Notes under the pieces: model-generated
Database searches by the model: none
What the model saw: only the letters and a program-made list of their open reading frames with translations
Told to the model about the DNA's origin: nothing
From: Octopus vulgaris
Taxonomy: Eukaryota
Length of the DNA: 64,000 nt
NCBI GenBank assembly: GCA_951406725.2
Contig: OX597818.1
Coordinates: forward strand, 47,244,001-47,308,000
Direction: 5' to 3'
Position numbers and translations under genes: made by a program
Part shown: piece after piece, positions 1 to 15,791 of the stretch
Numbering within the stretch: position 1 is the stretch's first letter
How the letters are laid out: each line of letters begins with the position of its first letter

Positions 1-338
1 GATGTATCAATGTAGCTATGGTGATAGTGTAAATAACCTTTTAAAACTATGGGAGTGATAATTCATTTAAGATATAACAATAGTGGTTTCTATACATTAT
101 AATGTGTCAACTTTTGGATGTCCTGTATTAGGGTCAATTGATTTTTTGTTTGTTTTTGTTTTTACTCAGAATATTTTATCTAGGTACATAGAACTCACAA
201 TTATTGTAACCTAATGAATGAATCCATATGTGGTCATTTGACCTGCAAGAAACAGCAGTCAAATTTCTTCAAATCACCATCGTAAAAATCTACCATCTTA
301 AAAAATAACTGACACACAGCAATAGATATGCAAAAAAT

Positions 339-748
339 GGATCTTTTCAGTTTGAACGGCAGTTTTTTAAAATAATTTCTAGCGGTGTCATATGAAATTG
401 TCACCCATAATTATGACCCTAGTATCGATCTATTGCATTTCTATCTGTTTTAGAGTTAGGGTTAAGGGAAGGGTATCTTTTTTTCTTCACAAATGTAAAT
501 AAACCCAATCTGTTTCCTTAAACGAGGGACATTTCATATGGCACAGAATGTTTTCACCCCAATAGACGTCATTTGATTGGTTGAAATTGCAGAAATTGAA
601 GAAAATATCTTACAAACTATAGAATTTTCTCAAGAAAGCTGAGAGAAAAAGATGTTTTATAAACACATTCTACCAGTATACAAAGTTTAAAAGTGTTTAG
701 TTACATGGAAATTATTTTTAAAAACTGTCGGTCAAAGCGAAAAGATCC
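339..748. mobile_element. Non-autonomous DNA transposon (MITE), copy 1, Merlin-like GG..CC termini
   Basis: ~29-bp terminal inverted repeats GGATCTTTTCAGTTTGAACGGCAGTTTTT / AAAAACTGTCGGTCAAAGCGAAAAGATCC; near-identical second copy at 866-1278. Confidence 0.8.
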
Positions 749-865
749 CACCCGAGTCTTCGGTCAGAATGCAAATGGTAAGTTATAACAGTTATAACAA
801 TTGGCAAAAAAATAGGGTTACAAATTTTCTGACACACAGCACACAGTTATAGATATGCAAAAAAT

Positions 866-1278
866 GGATCTTTTCGGTTTGAACGGCAGTTTTTTCTAGC
901 GGTGTCATATGAAATTGTCACCCATAATTATGACCCTAGTATCGATCTATTGCATTTCAATCTGTTTTAGGGTTAGGGGTGGAGAGAAGGGTATCTTTTT
1001 TTTCTTCAGAAATGTAAATAAACCCAATCTGTTTCTTAAACGAGGGACATTCATATGGCACAGAATGTTTTTTACCTCAATAGATGTATTTGATTGGTTG
1101 AAATTGCAGAAATTGAAGAAAAAAAAAACAACAAATATCTTACAAACTATAGGATCTTCTCAATAAAGTCAAGAGAAAAAGATGTTTTATAAACACATTC
1201 CACCAGTACAACGAAGTTTAAAATTTTTTAGTTACCTAGAAATTATGTTAAAAACTGCTGTTCAAACCGAAAAGATCC
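866..1278. mobile_element. MITE copy 2, Merlin-like
   Basis: TIRs GGATCTTTTCGGTTTGAACGGCAGTTTTT / AAAAACTGCTGTTCAAACCGAAAAGATCC; flanks CAAAAAAT and AAAAAAAT resemble an 8-bp TSD. Confidence 0.8.
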
Positions 1279-1788
1279 AAAAAAATCGGGATTATTCCCT
1301 GCAAAAATATGGTACCACAATTACCACACTACGTGAGACATTTAGTAACAACCTTCTCTCTTGTTTTAAGATCAACTCTTAATGCTTGAGGATTGAAATT
1401 TCCTGCTTTGTTGCAAGTTCTTGGGAATTAAAAATAGTTACAGCTATAAAATCTTTTATTTGTAGCTCTAATTACAGTTGACTTGGACAAAATAACACCC
1501 TCGCAATTGGCATTGATGGATGTTATTTTATATCAGTTAAAAACTGAAATAACTTTGTTTGGTAACAAACACTATTTTCATAAAATTAATTCTATCATGT
1601 TTTGGAAGTAATGTTAATTTTTGAAAACTTGTCAATTATCAGATTTTTAAGACTAAAAACTGATGAAACCAAGGTTTTAGCTTCTCGGTTTCATTAAATT
1701 TTTATTTTTGAAAGTTGATGTAAAACCATTTTGGCTCGGATTTGTTTTACACTGAAATGTGAAGTGATAATTTTTCTTCAAATAGATA

Positions 1789-2140
1789 CAGGCATGGTTA
1801 TATGGTTAAGAAGCTTACTTTGCAACAGTATGGTTCTGAGTTCAGTCCCATTGTGTGGCACCTTGGGCAAGTGTATTTTACTATAGCCCTAGGCTGACCA
1901 ATACCTTGCGAGAATTTGGGTGACAAAAGTTGTATGGAAACTTGTCACATGTGTGTATTCCCCCTCCACTTGACAGTTGGTTTGTTTATGTTCCTGTGAC
2001 TGGGGTTTGGCAGCAGAGGCTGGTAGAATAAGTACTAGACTTTCAAAAAATAACTACTCTGGTAGATTTGTTAGACTAAACCCTTCAAGGTGGTACCCCA
2101 CAATGACTGCAATCCAATGACTGAAACCGGTAAAAAAGAT
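1789..2140 (+). mobile_element. tRNA-derived SINE family A, diverged
   Basis: Head TGGTTAAGAAGCTT...GTTCAGTCCCA..GTGGCACCTTGGGCAAGTGT and tail CCAATGACTGAAAC shared with many copies in the window. Confidence 0.75.
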
Positions 2141-2859
2141 ATATAATAATTCTGGGGTTTTCAGTATTCACCATCAGTTTACAATCTCTTTTTCCTTTTT
2201 ATGTATAAAATTTTTATTTGTATTTAGATCTTTATGGCTGTCTAGTAAAATTCTCTACCCCTAAAAAAAGGGAAAAGTGACAGACTAAAAGAATTTCTCT
2301 CCCTTTTTGCCCTATTTTTCTTGTCACCACCAACATTCTTACAATCATCACCGTCATCTGGATGTATTACTATTCAATGAAAGGATTTGGTGAAGTAAAC
2401 ACTTTTGAATATTCCCTCCACATTCGTATGGTGTCACAGTTTTAAGAACTGAAGCATAAAATGTGGGATAAAAATGTCTGGCTCTGAAATCAAGTGATAT
2501 CATGTTTCAAGAACACTGAAAAAGACATGTATCAAATGTTATGTTAATGTAGATTTACTAAGCTCTTTCTCAACATTACTTCAACAAACTCCCTATAATT
2601 CCAACCTACTGTAACTATAGTTTCTCAAATGAATATGTTCTACAATCCCATGCGGCAACATATATTAAAAAATGTCCTCAATAAAATGGGTCACTTGAGA
2701 ATAGTATTGAAAAACAAATGAAGTGTGTTTTAGTTTATGTCACATATTCCTCCAACTAATGTGAAATATCAAGTTATTATTACTAGTTTATTGTAGGATT
2801 AATCTTGGAGATAACCAGTATAGATTTGATGTTTTTATGAAGCTAGTTCATTATCCCAT

Positions 2860-3090
2860 TGATCTGAATTCAATTCTATTAGGAGCAGCTTTGCCTTTTA
2901 TTCTTGTTTCAGCACAGTAAGTACCAGTAATGCGAGGTTATGTTTCAAATTTAGGCACAAAGCTGGCAATTTTCACAGGAAGGGGATTGTTTATTTTAAC
3001 TCCAGTACTAGACTGGTACTTTATTGACCCTGAAAGTATGAAAGGCAAAGTTGACCTTGGTGGAAATTGAACTCGGAACATAAAGGCTGG
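2860..3090. mobile_element. Two fragments of SINE family B in opposite orientations
   Basis: CTTTGCCTTTTATTC..AAGTACCAG on + and CTGGTACTTTATTGACCCTGAAAGTATGAAAGGCAAAGTTGACC (reverse copy). Confidence 0.6.
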
Positions 3091-3379
3091 AAAAAAAAAA
3101 TTTTTCTAATACAGGCACAAAGTCAAAAACTTGCGCAAGTGGCTAATCAATGAAATTGACCCTTTTATCCAACTATAACTCAAGTAGTACTTTATTCCCC
3201 CTGAAAACTGAAAGGTTGGTATGCATATTTGACTCTGGTTGTATTTGAAATCGCAACCTAAAGAACCAGAAGAAAGACAACAAGGTATTCTTTTCTGACT
3301 TGCTGACAATTCTGGTGTACTGGTAGTACAAGGTGTTCAGGTTTAATTTGACAGTTTGCTTAAAAGGAAAAGAAATATA

Positions 3380-3885
3380 CAGGATATCCTGTCCAAAAAA
3401 AATAAATTGATTATGGCTGGAGGATAAGTTTATTCAAAGTAGCTGCCCTCAGCTTCCACTCTGACCTCAAGATGGCTCCAGAACTTGGCAAATACATTCC
3501 TCACTGTGTCCTTGGGAAGATCAAACATCTTGATCTTGGCCACCAGCTCTTCCTTGGTATTGCAAACAGAGCAGGTGGCAGTTTTTTCTCAACTGCACTC
3601 TACACGTAGTAATTGATGGGATTACAATCAAGAAAATTAGGAGGCCAAAAACGGGCTGTTCAAGTCATAGAAATTCTCCAACGACTTCTGACTCATTCTA
3701 GAGGTATGGCAAAGAGCCAAGTCCTATTGTCACACATATGGCCTTTCATCATCCACCTTCTCCAGCCAGAGATTGATCAGTTTCCAGCATCTTCGTACGG
3801 CCATCTGAATTGAGCCTAAGTCTCTGTTCAAAAATGTGGCAATGAATTTACAGCGCAGTGAGTCATGATGTTGGCATTTTGATAC
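3380..3885 (-). pseudogene. Decayed Tc1/mariner-superfamily (maT/DD37D-like) transposase C-terminus with right end
   Basis: Minus-strand translation with stops and frameshifts gives WLEKVDDERPYV*Q*DLALCHTSRMSQK, FWPPNFLDCNPINYYV and VEAEGSYFE*, matching the QQDxAPxH / WPPxSPDxNPxD / GGxFE motifs; TA|CAGG terminus at 3378-3383. Confidence 0.85.
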
Positions 3886-4084
3886 CTGGTGTGAATAACG
3901 ATACAGGAAATTCTTTTCCCAATATTCACATGGCTTCCAAACCTTGTCAGCTAACTTTTTCTCAGTTACAGCTTTACTCTTTATGCTTTCCATTGACCAT
4001 TCACCAATATATTAAGCTGTTCCTGACAAAAGAAAAAAAAAAAAAAAGGAATAAAACAAATCTCATAAAATTTAGCCCAACCAT

Positions 4085-4285
4085 TCTTTTACTCTTTTAC
4101 TTGCTTCAGTCATTTGACTGTGGCCATGCTGGAGCACCGCCTTTTAGTTGGGCAAATCGACCCTAGGACTTATTCTTTGTAAGCCTAGTACTTATTCTAT
4201 CAGTCTCTTTTGCTGAACCACTAAGTTACGGGGACGTAAACACACCAGCATCGGTTGTCAAGCGATGTTGGGAGGACAAACACAG

Positions 4286-4321
<36 letters not shown>

Positions 4322-4495
4322 TCGCATATATACAACAGGCTTCTTTCAGTTTCCGTCTACCAAATCCACTCACAAGGATTTGGTCGGCCCGAGGCTATAG
4401 TAGAAGACACTTGCCCAAGGTGCCACACAGTGGGACTGAACCCAGAACCATGTGGTTCGTAAGCAAGCTACTTACCACACAGCCACTCCTACGCC
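4085..4495 (-). mobile_element. SINE family A, full length
   Basis: Tail TTTTACTCTTTTACTTG..CAGTCATTTGACTGTGGCCATGCTGGAGCACC, internal (CA)n(TA)n, head ..CTTACCACACAGCCACTCCTACGCC. Confidence 0.9.
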
Positions 4496-4654
4496 TCTGT
4501 ACATATTGTTCTAGTGTGAATGTTGCATATGAAGCTTATTTTCTCAGTTGGCCTGTGAATGCAGTACCCCTCTTGTGTTTCCATATCTTATATTGAGTGC
4601 AGCATATGGAGTACACATCTGCTATATGTGAACGCATGTGCAAATATATATATA

Positions 4655-4850
4655 TATATTATATAAAATCTGTTCTGTCTATCTGTGTGTGTGTCTTCTA
4701 GGATCTCAGGCATCCTCCATCCGATTGTGCTCAAATTTGATTTGTAGATACTGACGGTATCAGGGTGTGTATAAGTCTTGAAAAAATTACAAAAATCGAT
4801 TCCAGGTGAGAATGTGATCGATAAAGCCGTGGGAACGTGCATTTGTAATA
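4655..4850 (+). mobile_element. Probable 5' part of a non-autonomous Helitron-like element
   Basis: TATATAAAATCTGTTCTGTCTATCTGTGTGTG..TCCGATT..CTCAAATTTG resembles the 5' region of the Helitron at 31433-31860; no 3' hairpin/CTAG seen. Confidence 0.4.
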
Positions 4851-5044
4851 TCGTTTTCTTGGAATAGAAAAAAAGTCTATCTTTATTTCTTCTTTTGCTG
4901 GTGTCTCAAATTTAGGTTAAATCAGTGTTTCTCAAAGGGGAGGCCTATGGGACGGTCGGACAAGTTGTTTTGAGAAAATTTGGTTTAAATGTTTGACAAC
5001 TTAGCACCACCAATTGGACGGAGGGCGTATATATATATATATCG

Positions 5045-5400
5045 TTGTCTTTAGTCTTCCATGCTAGCATGGGTTGGACATTTTAACAGGATCCAATCCA
5101 CTGGAGGAATTCGTAAGTTGCAATGTCTGCTTTGGCATGGTTTCTGTAGCATCATTCTCTTCCTAATGTCAAACATTCTATAGTTTACTGGGTGTGTTTT
5201 TGTCACACCAGCCACTAGAGAAATCACCAAGTAATGAGTGAGACAAAGAAATTAAGACCCTGCCCCACCATCAACAAACTGAGTGAGTTGTAGTAGAGGG
5301 AGAGGTGGCTTTATGCCAGGTGCTCGGAGGCTGGAGTATGATAGGATGGGCATAGGTGTCTCTTGCTATAAAAAAAAAAGAGACATGACTAGAGCTGAAA
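5045..5400 (-). mobile_element. Old RTE-LINE 3'UTR-type remnant
   Basis: TTCCATGCTAGCATGGGTTGGAC and TTTGGCATGGTTTCTGTAGC..TTCCTAATGTCAA core motifs shared with other RTE tails in the window. Confidence 0.55.
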
Positions 5401-5911
5401 AAAGAATATTGGTGACAGGTGTTGGAGCATATTTTTAAGGTGCAAGAAGGTGTGCATAAAGTAATATGGATTTGAGGATCAGGTGGGATGGGTGGACAAG
5501 TTCATAGGGGTGTAAGAGGAGAGTGACAGGTGGTATAGGTTAATGTAGTGAATGGTGTAAGAGGGTTGAAGTGTGGCAAATGGTAAATATCAGTATGGTG
5601 GGGAGAAGGCAAAAGAAACAGCTCAGAAAGAAGGTTGATAAGTGACAATGCAGTGCAGGGTAGGGTGGAGAGCAGAAGTATAATACCCCCTCCCCCCACT
5701 GCTGAATATACACGAGAAAATAGGATGATGTGTGGGTGGGAGAGCAGAGGGAGACAGATGTACAGGGACCAAGTGGAGGTGGGTTATGTAGCAGTGGCTA
5801 TGGTGAATAGGAAAGAAAAGTGATGTGTAGGGAAGATGTTGATGGTAGATATCAGAAAGTATATACACATGATTGCATTTGCAGATGTTTATATACCTTA
5901 TATATATATAC

Positions 5912-6307
5912 TCTCTTTTACTTGTTTCAGTCATTTGACTGTGGCCATGCTGGAGCACCACCTTTAGTCGAGCAAATCGACCCCAGGACTTATTCTTTGT
6001 AAGCCTAGTACTTATTCTATCAGTCTCTTTTGCCAAACCGCTAAGTTACGGGAACACACCAGCATCGGTTGTCATGTTGGGAGGACAAACACACACACGC
6101 AAACATACATACACACACACACACATATATACATATACATATATACGACGGGCTTCTTTCAGTTTTTGTCTACCAAATCCACTCACAAGGCTTTGGTTGG
6201 CCCAAGGCTATAGTAGAAGACACTTGCCCAAAGTGCCACGCAGTGAGACTGAACCCAGAACCATGTGGTTGGTAAGCAAGCTACTTACCACACAGCCACT
6301 CCTGCGT
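5912..6307 (-). mobile_element. SINE family A, full length
   Basis: Co-linear with 4085-4495. Confidence 0.9.
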
Positions 6308-6913
6308 CATATATATATATATGAGGACTTAGTTTAGTGGTCACTCATGAGTATGACATAGTAGCTTGTAATATGCTTTTGCTAATTTATTTGCCACCCA
6401 GTCTTGATGCAGAATGTGACAATTGAGCAGAGTGAGGCTGCACAGCACTTGGCTGGTATTCTACACAGTTTCAGCTGAGCAAACTAGAGCAAATGTGATA
6501 TGAACAAATGTACTTTAATCCAAGGTAACATATGCTGCCTGGACCGAGAATCTTACTCAGAACCATGTAACTACTAAACCACATGCTTTCTCATGCACAC
6601 ACACACATACCACTTGCACACATGCTTCTGTGTGTGAGTGAGTAGATATGCATTTATGATGTGAGATTATGTTGAAACAAATGGGAATGGCCAGTCCAGA
6701 TACATGCAGTGGGGATGCATTATGAAAGGCCTGCAGCAACTACTGCATGTTTTTGATAAGCTCCTAAATAATGACAAACTAACTGATTAATTGACTGAAA
6801 GAATTAGTGAAGCAATGAATAAAGTTAATTTAATTTATTAACTAAGTGAAACAAGGCTAGTGTATTCTTTTTTTAAACAAATTTCCCCTGGCAAGAGATA
6901 TCATATATATATA

Positions 6914-6956
<43 letters not shown>

Positions 6957-6964
<8 letters not shown>

Positions 6965-7250
6965 TATATTTAAACACATAAGGAATCCACTTATAGGAAT
7001 TCAACATGCTAGAAAGAACAGTTAGGTTCTATAACCACAAAAATTAGATGGTAAAATGTTTTTCATTTTTCAATTCGTTCCTGTCGAATTTTATCCCTAA
7101 TTTTTGTGGTTATAGAACCTAGCTGTTCTTTCTAGCATGTTGAATTCCCTATAAGTGGATTCCTTATGTGTTTAAATATACACTATATCATATGACTAAT
7201 ATATAGTCTTTTTGACTAAATTTTTTACACGTTAGACCACTGGAAATGTA
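6957..7250. mobile_element. Penelope-like remnant with ~90-bp-arm fold-back inverted repeat abutting (TA)n
   Basis: 6957-7047 is the near-perfect reverse complement of 7097-7188; downstream motifs are shared with 39600-39712. Confidence 0.65.
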
Positions 7251-7764
7251 AATTTTAATTAATTTCCATTTCCCTTTGATATGATTAAATATATATAGAT
7301 ATAGAATTATATTGAGGTTTTCTTGTTGCTAGTTGTATTCTATGGTATGGTTGGTCCACAGTGTCTAAACTGACACATTTTCCAGTCTAGCTTTGGTGAT
7401 GAGGATTGGTTGAAACTAAATTTGAAGAAAAAAAAGAGGAGCCTGTTAATGGTACAAACGAACCATACATAGGGTCAGTGATTAACTATGACTAGTGCAA
7501 AGGTAATAAAAATACAAGAAGTGTTGAGTAAGTGTACTGTAAGACTGCTTTGAAGGTATTGAAGCATTGGTTCTTGTCAGAAGTCCTGTAGATGTTTCTT
7601 AGATTTGGCACCTAGGTATCGTTCAGTTTTGGTCATCTTGAGCAATGTAATGTATTTTATGCACAGGAACTTTCTGGAACCAGGAAAAAATGGCTAGTGC
7701 TTTGTAAATATTGGGATATCATGTCTGTAGTAGAATACTGCCATTTCTGCAATTTCTCCACTTG

Positions 7765-7890
7765 TCCAAAAGAGACCGATAGAATAAGTACTAGACTTAC
7801 AAAGAATAAGTCCTGGGGTCGATTTGCTCGACTAAAGGCGGTGCTCCAGCATGGCCACAGTCAAATGACTGAAGCAAGTAAAAGAGAGGC
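7765..7890 (+). mobile_element. SINE family A 3' fragment
   Basis: AAAAGAGACCGATAGAATAAGTACTAG...CAGTCAAATGACTGAAGCAAGTAAAAGAG. Confidence 0.85.
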
Positions 7891-7994
7891 ACCAGCTGAG
7901 ATGGCTCAGCCTTATAGTGCACAAATTTGACCCTTGTGTCCCCAGTAGGATCTTCTTTACCTTATCTACACTACAGTCATTATCTTTGCTGGAA

Positions 7995-8265
7995 AGGGTT
8001 CAAAAACAAGCTGAAGACCATTTTGAAGGGGTCTGACAACAACTTTTCAAATGTAGAAGACTCATCTATTGATGACGTTGGTCTTGTTGTTGGAGTGCAG
8101 TTGAAGACATAGAAGAGAAACAAACTCAGTTCTATGAGAAAAAGCCAAAAGAAAAAAAAACTGGCCTGCATGCAGTGCCACCTGCTCACTCCAATGAAAC
8201 ATTTACATGTCTTGACTTCAGCTGAGACTGTACTTTAAGGATTGGGAAATACAGTCATCAAGAAA
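7995..8265 (+). pseudogene. Decayed RTE-clade LINE ORF C-terminal remnant
   Basis: FKNKLKTILKGSD..SNVEDSSID followed by a frameshifted, degenerate CCHH-like end (TFTC..RDCTLRIGKYSHQ), resembling RTE/BovB C-termini. Confidence 0.5.
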
Positions 8266-8322
8266 TCTATAAATGATAATTATCACAGAATTTTTGTGGA
8301 CAACTATAGGTAGTGAGAACAT

Positions 8323-8455
8323 AGGCGCAGGAGTGGCTGTGTGGTAAGTAGCTTGCTTACCAACCACATGGTTCCGGGTTCATTCCCACTGCGTGGCACC
8401 TTGGGCAAGTCTCTTCTACTGTAGCCTTGGGCCAACCAAAGCCCGTTGTATATAC

Positions 8456-8492
<37 letters not shown>

Positions 8493-8705
8493 CATACATA
8501 CGTCTTTGTTTGTCGTCGCCCCCCCCCCAACATCGCTTGATAACCGATGCTGGTGTGTTTAGGTCCCTGTAACTTAGCGGTTCAGCAATTGGGACCGATA
8601 GAATAAGTACTAGGCTTACAAAGAATAAGTCAATTTGCTCAACTAAAGGCGGTGCTCCAGCATGGCCGCAGTCAAATGACTGAAACAAGTAAAGGAGTAA
8701 GGAGT
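8323..8705 (+). mobile_element. SINE family A
   Basis: GGCGCAGGAGTGGCTGTGTGGTAAGTAGCTTGCTTACC head through GAAACAAGTAAAGGAGTAA tail. Confidence 0.9.
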
Positions 8706-8941
8706 ATGTGTATGTATTTAAAACTGCATGTGTATTTGGTTGTTTCAGTTTGGAATGATTTAATAAACCAATTTATATATTTTAGTTTAGAATAGTTCTC
8801 AATTTCTGAGCTGGTGTTTATTTTTTTTTTAATCTGGTACTTTGGATTTGATTACAGCTCATTTTTCTGTTAGTGTCCCTACTTGCTAGAGGTATTTTCT
8901 GCAATGTAATGGCTCAAGGTACATAGTTTCAAGAGTTAAAA

Positions 8942-9161
8942 CCCTTTCGTTACTGTTTTTATTTTAAGATGCTCTGTGTGTCTTTCAATTACTTTAAATA
9001 TAACAAAGAATTTAGCAAAATAACTTAGTTATCATTCAGCTAGTGTTAGGAACCTAAATTGGGACTAAATTTTGGTGGAAGATTTTAATTCAAAACTTAT
9101 GAAAACAAGATATTTGTACTTAGAGCCAGAGCTGGTTTCAGCTGGGTTGGTAACGAAAGGG
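8942..9161. mobile_element. piggyBac-like MITE, family 1
   Basis: TIR CCCTTTCGTTAC / GTAACGAAAGGG with TTAA at the right end and TTAAAA at the left; homologous copies at 36818, 42781 and 61416. Confidence 0.8.
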
Positions 9162-10084
9162 TTAAGGCACTAGAAATTTGTGATTTTTTTTGCAGGAATA
9201 TTAGTAAATCAAACAATATCTGGGTCTCAGGTTGTTTAGTATTTTTCATTCTTTGTTATTATAGTTTTATCCTCTTTTGTGGAATCTTTACAAAGTTTAT
9301 GGTAGGAACACAAAGTAAGGGAGCATAGCTGAAAGAAATTGTTTAGCTCTAGCATGTATAATGACATTTAGTAGCAAACATTCTAACTGCTCTGCTTGTC
9401 TAAGCCAAATTAATGCGAAAACTGTAATTACAATAATGGTTATGGAATAATTTAAGAAAAAGGTTTAGGAGATGCATATTATACCATTCAACCACCACCA
9501 ATTTTAACATGGGAGTAACTTCATTGCCGATTTATTTCTGTATTATATGAGAATGCAGGTTCGCTGGTTATTCCTTGAGATTATTCCCTCGTCAGGAGTA
9601 ATAGCAAATTAATGAATGAGCTAATTTATTTTTAGGATTATGACATTTCAGTTGTATTCAGCTTGCTTAAAATAAAGATGAGGAATGTGATTTAGTGTGT
9701 GTTTATGTATGTTCAAACATGCACACTTGTATATATGTGTGTGTGTGTGTGTGTGTGCTGGTATAGAATGTCCATCCATTGGAATAGAGTTGAGTGAACA
9801 GCCATGAATATAATGGTGAGTCATCTTTTGTGTTGGGGAAACAAATACAAAGTGCACATTTTTTTACTATTTGTGCAGATTCTCCATTAACATCAAAAGA
9901 CTTTTAATGTGTAAAATGGCTTCCGACTATGTATTAAGTATATTATCTAAATAACTAAATCTGGGATAGGGATCCTTTTTTTAGTAGCAAGGGTGAAATG
10001 CAAGTTTATAAAAAAAGCCTATGGAGTAAAGACATAATCTGTGTTAGGAAAAATAAATCTTGTATTTTACAAATTCATTGGTAT

Positions 10085-10300
10085 TTTTTACTTGTTTCAC
10101 TTAGACTGTGGTCATACTGGGATACCACCTTAAAGGGTTCAGTTGAACAAATTGGCCCCCAGTACTTTTTTTAAAGTTTGGTCTCTTTTTGCCAAACAAC
10201 TAAATTACAGGGATGTAAACAAACCAATGCTGGGTGTCAAGCAGGAACACACACACACAAACAAACAAACAAACAATAGGCTTCTTTCAGTTTCCACTCG
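10085..10300 (-). mobile_element. SINE family A 3' half, diverged
   Basis: TTTTACTTGTTTCA..GACTGTGGTCATACTGGG..CTTCTTTCAGTTTCC. Confidence 0.7.
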
Positions 10301-10779
10301 ATGGGCTTTAGGTATGAAATGTATACTAAATAACTATTTTGATCTTGGGGATTAAATCATTTTATTGTAGAAACTGCATTAAGGACCAGTTTCAGATTTG
10401 AAAATTACCCAAATTTTGCTGCCAGCCAATGGGTTTTGTTCTGGTATATAGACATAATCTTGTTTTAGTTGTTCTTGTGAAGTCACATTGGTTATATTGC
10501 ATTTAAGATGTAAGCTGGTTTCTAAATATTCTTAAAAAGTATCATACTCTTTCAGTTTTATTAATGAGTTGCAATTATTTCTAATTAAGCTTCAGTATAT
10601 TATATACTGTTTTTGTTGTTAAAAAACAAAATTAACATTCTACGGTAATGACATTTCTAACTTAATAAAGAATTCAAATTTAATTTTGATTTTCAATGAT
10701 TTACTTACACAATTTTATGAACTATCAGTACCATTTTCATACAAGAATTGTGAAATAAATGTCTAGTCTCAAACTGAAT

Positions 10780-10828
<49 letters not shown>

Positions 10829-11529
10829 TCCAGTTATTCTGAGATCAGTAGTTCCCAATCACTTCTCACAAAGCAATTCCTGCATGTTTTAATGAATTCT
10901 ACCTAAATCTATTCTTTGTAAGTTTTAAGCAAAGTATTTGAATTTATAACTCCACATATTTAGACTGAAGACTAGGCTTAGCTGATGAGGATCAATAAAT
11001 CTGAACTTGTCCAGAGCTGTCATTATATAGCTAAAGATCACTAGCTCCCTACTGTATTCCTTACCTAATTTAAAACCCAATGATTATAACTCTCTTTTCT
11101 TAATCAGAATTAGTCGTTAACACAATGTCTTTTCTCATCTCCAAAGGAGAAATTTTAAAATCTTTTGTCTCACTATATTAAATTATTATTAGTACTCTAT
11201 TAAATGCCTTTTAATGTTTAGTTTCATCCCCCTACATTCTGTGTTCAAAGCCTGCTGGGCATAACTTAGCCTTTTGTTTCTCTGGAATCACTCCAATTGA
11301 CTATATCCATTCCTTACTAATTAATGGTATTGTGCCAGTATAAAGAAACTCGTTATTACTCAGACTGTCATGTGATGGGGAATTTTTCTGAAGCCAAATT
11401 ACAATTCAATGTTAATTCCCAATTGGAATTACTTCTCTTGATACATAACACCAATGCCTTTCATAAAAGCACGAACGTTACAATCCACTCTGTAATTTCA
11501 AGGCTTTGACACAGTAGAATAATGATTTT

Positions 11530-11880
11530 GTGTGCTTAACAAGCTCGCTTGGCAACCAAGTGGTTTTAGGTTCCATCCCACTGCACGGCGCCTTGGGCAA
11601 GTGTCTTTTACTATTGTCCTGGGATCACCAAAGTCTTGCGAGTAGATTTGGTGGACGGAAACTGTATAGAAGCCTGTCTCATACACATATAAATGTACAA
11701 TTTTGTGTCCCACCCCCCAACAACAACTAATGTTGATTTATTTACATCTGCATGACTTAGCAGTTTGGCAAAAGAATTAATAGAATAAATGCTGGACTTT
11801 TGGTTTTGTTTGACTAAATCCTTCGAGATGGTGTTCCAGCATGGCCATTGTCCAATGACTGAAACAAGTAAAAGATAAAA
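11530..11880 (+). mobile_element. SINE family A, diverged
   Basis: CCTTGGGCAAGTGTCTTTTACTAT..GGACGGAAACTG..CCAATGACTGAAACAAGTAAAAGATAAAA. Confidence 0.8.
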
Positions 11881-12295
11881 TACAAAGAAAACTGAGTAAG
11901 GAAGAAGCATTATGGTATGACAGTCTAAACTATATTCCTTTCATTTTATCCCCCAGAATTACTTAACAGAAATCCTTTTTTTTTTTCCACTCCATATGTT
12001 ATTAAATATCCAATGGAGACATCCTTGCCAAAGCAGCATTTGTTGGGGTGGGGAATAAAAAAAAAATGGCATTAGATTACTTTCTAGGTTAAGCACTCCT
12101 TGGTTCTCTTGTAAACCAGAGCAGAGCCTGTTCAGAATGGAGTGACTTTTTTTTTTTGTCTACTTTGATGGCAAGCCAAAGACTAAAAACTGAAATGATG
12201 TTGTTAGCAGCTGAAGATACAAATTCAAACCCTGTTCATAAGTAAAATATTTATTTACATTGGGTATCTTCAGTGTAAATATATGAAGTCAGTTA

Positions 12296-15791
<3,496 letters not shown>

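Noticed and set aside
456-978. Interstitial telomeric repeat
   Set aside because: Only one or two TTAGGG units, and they are internal to a MITE.
909-1382. 85-aa and 66-aa ORFs as a transposase
   Set aside because: They lie in a ~410-bp MITE, have no DDE motifs and are too short to encode a transposase.
10982-11010. Hammerhead-like CTGATGA-GGAT..ATCT-GAAC
   Set aside because: GAAA core incomplete and stems I/III not evident; at most a decayed remnant. The same applies to CTGATGA near 1660, 16935 (-) and 19919, and to the motif near 63691.
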